Source of the DNA: Pseudogymnoascus verrucosus
Taxonomy: Eukaryota
Assembly: GCA_001662655.1 (NCBI GenBank)
Contig: KV460224.1
Strand: one strand, 5' to 3'
Length of the DNA: 64,000 bases
Below the pieces are notes generated by a model. It did not search any database. It saw nothing but the letters and a program-made list of their open reading frames with translations, and had not been told where the DNA came from. Both the position numbers and the translations under genes were made by a program. Positions 63,427 to 64,000 of the stretch are shown here, in pieces. Positions within the stretch are counted from its first letter, which is position 1. Every line of letters starts with the position of its first letter.

Positions 63427-64000
63427 CTACACCCCCCCCGCCTCCCTCTGCCTCTTAACAATATAATAAGTAATCAAACTCTTCCCATCCCCCCCCACCC
63501 CCCCCATAACCTCCCAGAACCTCCCCTCCCCCACCCCCCTATGCAGCGCCACACACATCCCCACCCCATCCATTCTAACCCCACTATTCCCGCTCTCCAG
63601 ACACCTCCCTGCCAGACGTCCCATCTCCGCCGCCCTATCCTCACCAGGCACGTAACCCCCTGGTCCCTCGAGAAGACCAGTTAACATCCGTAATCCCATA
63701 CTGAGAGTTCGGCACCCCTCCACCCCCATCTCCTCCCCTTCAAGTCTCCGCACCACAGTCCCAGCAACCGAATCCGCGTCACCCAACCCCACCAGCTCCT
63801 GAGCAAGCACCTCAAGCCCCGCAACGATATGCGCGCGCCCTTCATACCTCGCCCTAGCAGCCAGAAGCGCCGCGATCCCCTCCTCCCCCCTCGCCGCGAA
63901 CGCATCACGATCCTTCCTCAGCATCGCGCGGATAGTAGCTAGGATCTGCGCCTTGACATCCTGAACCTTCTCTGGTGCCAGGGCGGTGGCGGGGCCGGCG
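63427..64000 (-). CDS. STU1: 3' end of the CLASP-family microtubule-binding protein (truncated by the window)
   Basis: C-terminus GRLAGRCLES..SGVRMD...CVALH...KSLITYYIVKRQRE resembles filamentous-fungal Stu1; the frame is open to the window edge. Confidence 0.7.
   Translation of the reverse strand, partial: AGPATALAPEKVQDVKAQILATIRAMLRKDRDAFAARGEEGIAALLAARARYEGRAHIVAGLEVLAQELVGLGDADSVAGTVVRRLEGEEMGVEGCRTLSMGLRMLTGLLEGPGGYVPGEDRAAEMGRLAGRCLESGNSGVRMDGVGMCVALHRGVGEGRFWEVMGGVGGDGKSLITYYIVKRQREAGGV

Overview
Intron-containing filamentous ascomycete genomic DNA. The species cannot be fixed from sequence alone; a Leotiomycete is my guess. The window has two compartments. (1) An accessory block at about 1-18.4 kb. 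It opens with nested, RIP-like mutated pogo/Fot1-type DNA transposons. Next is a compact four-gene cluster built as two divergent pairs: intracellular GH78 alpha-L-rhamnosidase with intracellular GH1 beta-glycosidase, and an MFS sugar porter with a secreted saponin-hydrolase-like protein. Both shared promoters carry two copies of CGGATAAA. The block ends with a Cys-rich/Pro-rich orphan gene and decayed FunK1-kinase and GLEYA-adhesin pseudogenes. (2) A gene-dense core block at about 19-64 kb: MET13, NOG1, DDI1, a GNAT acetyltransferase, RRP8, a Zn2Cys6 transcription factor, PUP2, GCP2/SPC97, AIM41, a 13-exon LaeA-like methyltransferase missed by the ORF track, KRR1, HNT2, GH131-CBM1, an O-fucosyltransferase-like gene, ASK1, a CBM1 protein with a 5-nt microexon, FYV7-like, a DUF4210 protein and the 3' end of STU1. 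The best candidate for an undescribed system is the four-gene cluster, which reads as a co-regulated plant saponin/rhamnoglycoside deglycosylation and glycan-utilisation module. A candidate H/ACA-like structured RNA lies between MET13 and NOG1. All family calls come from motif recognition by eye, with no database searches, and exon boundaries were read manually.
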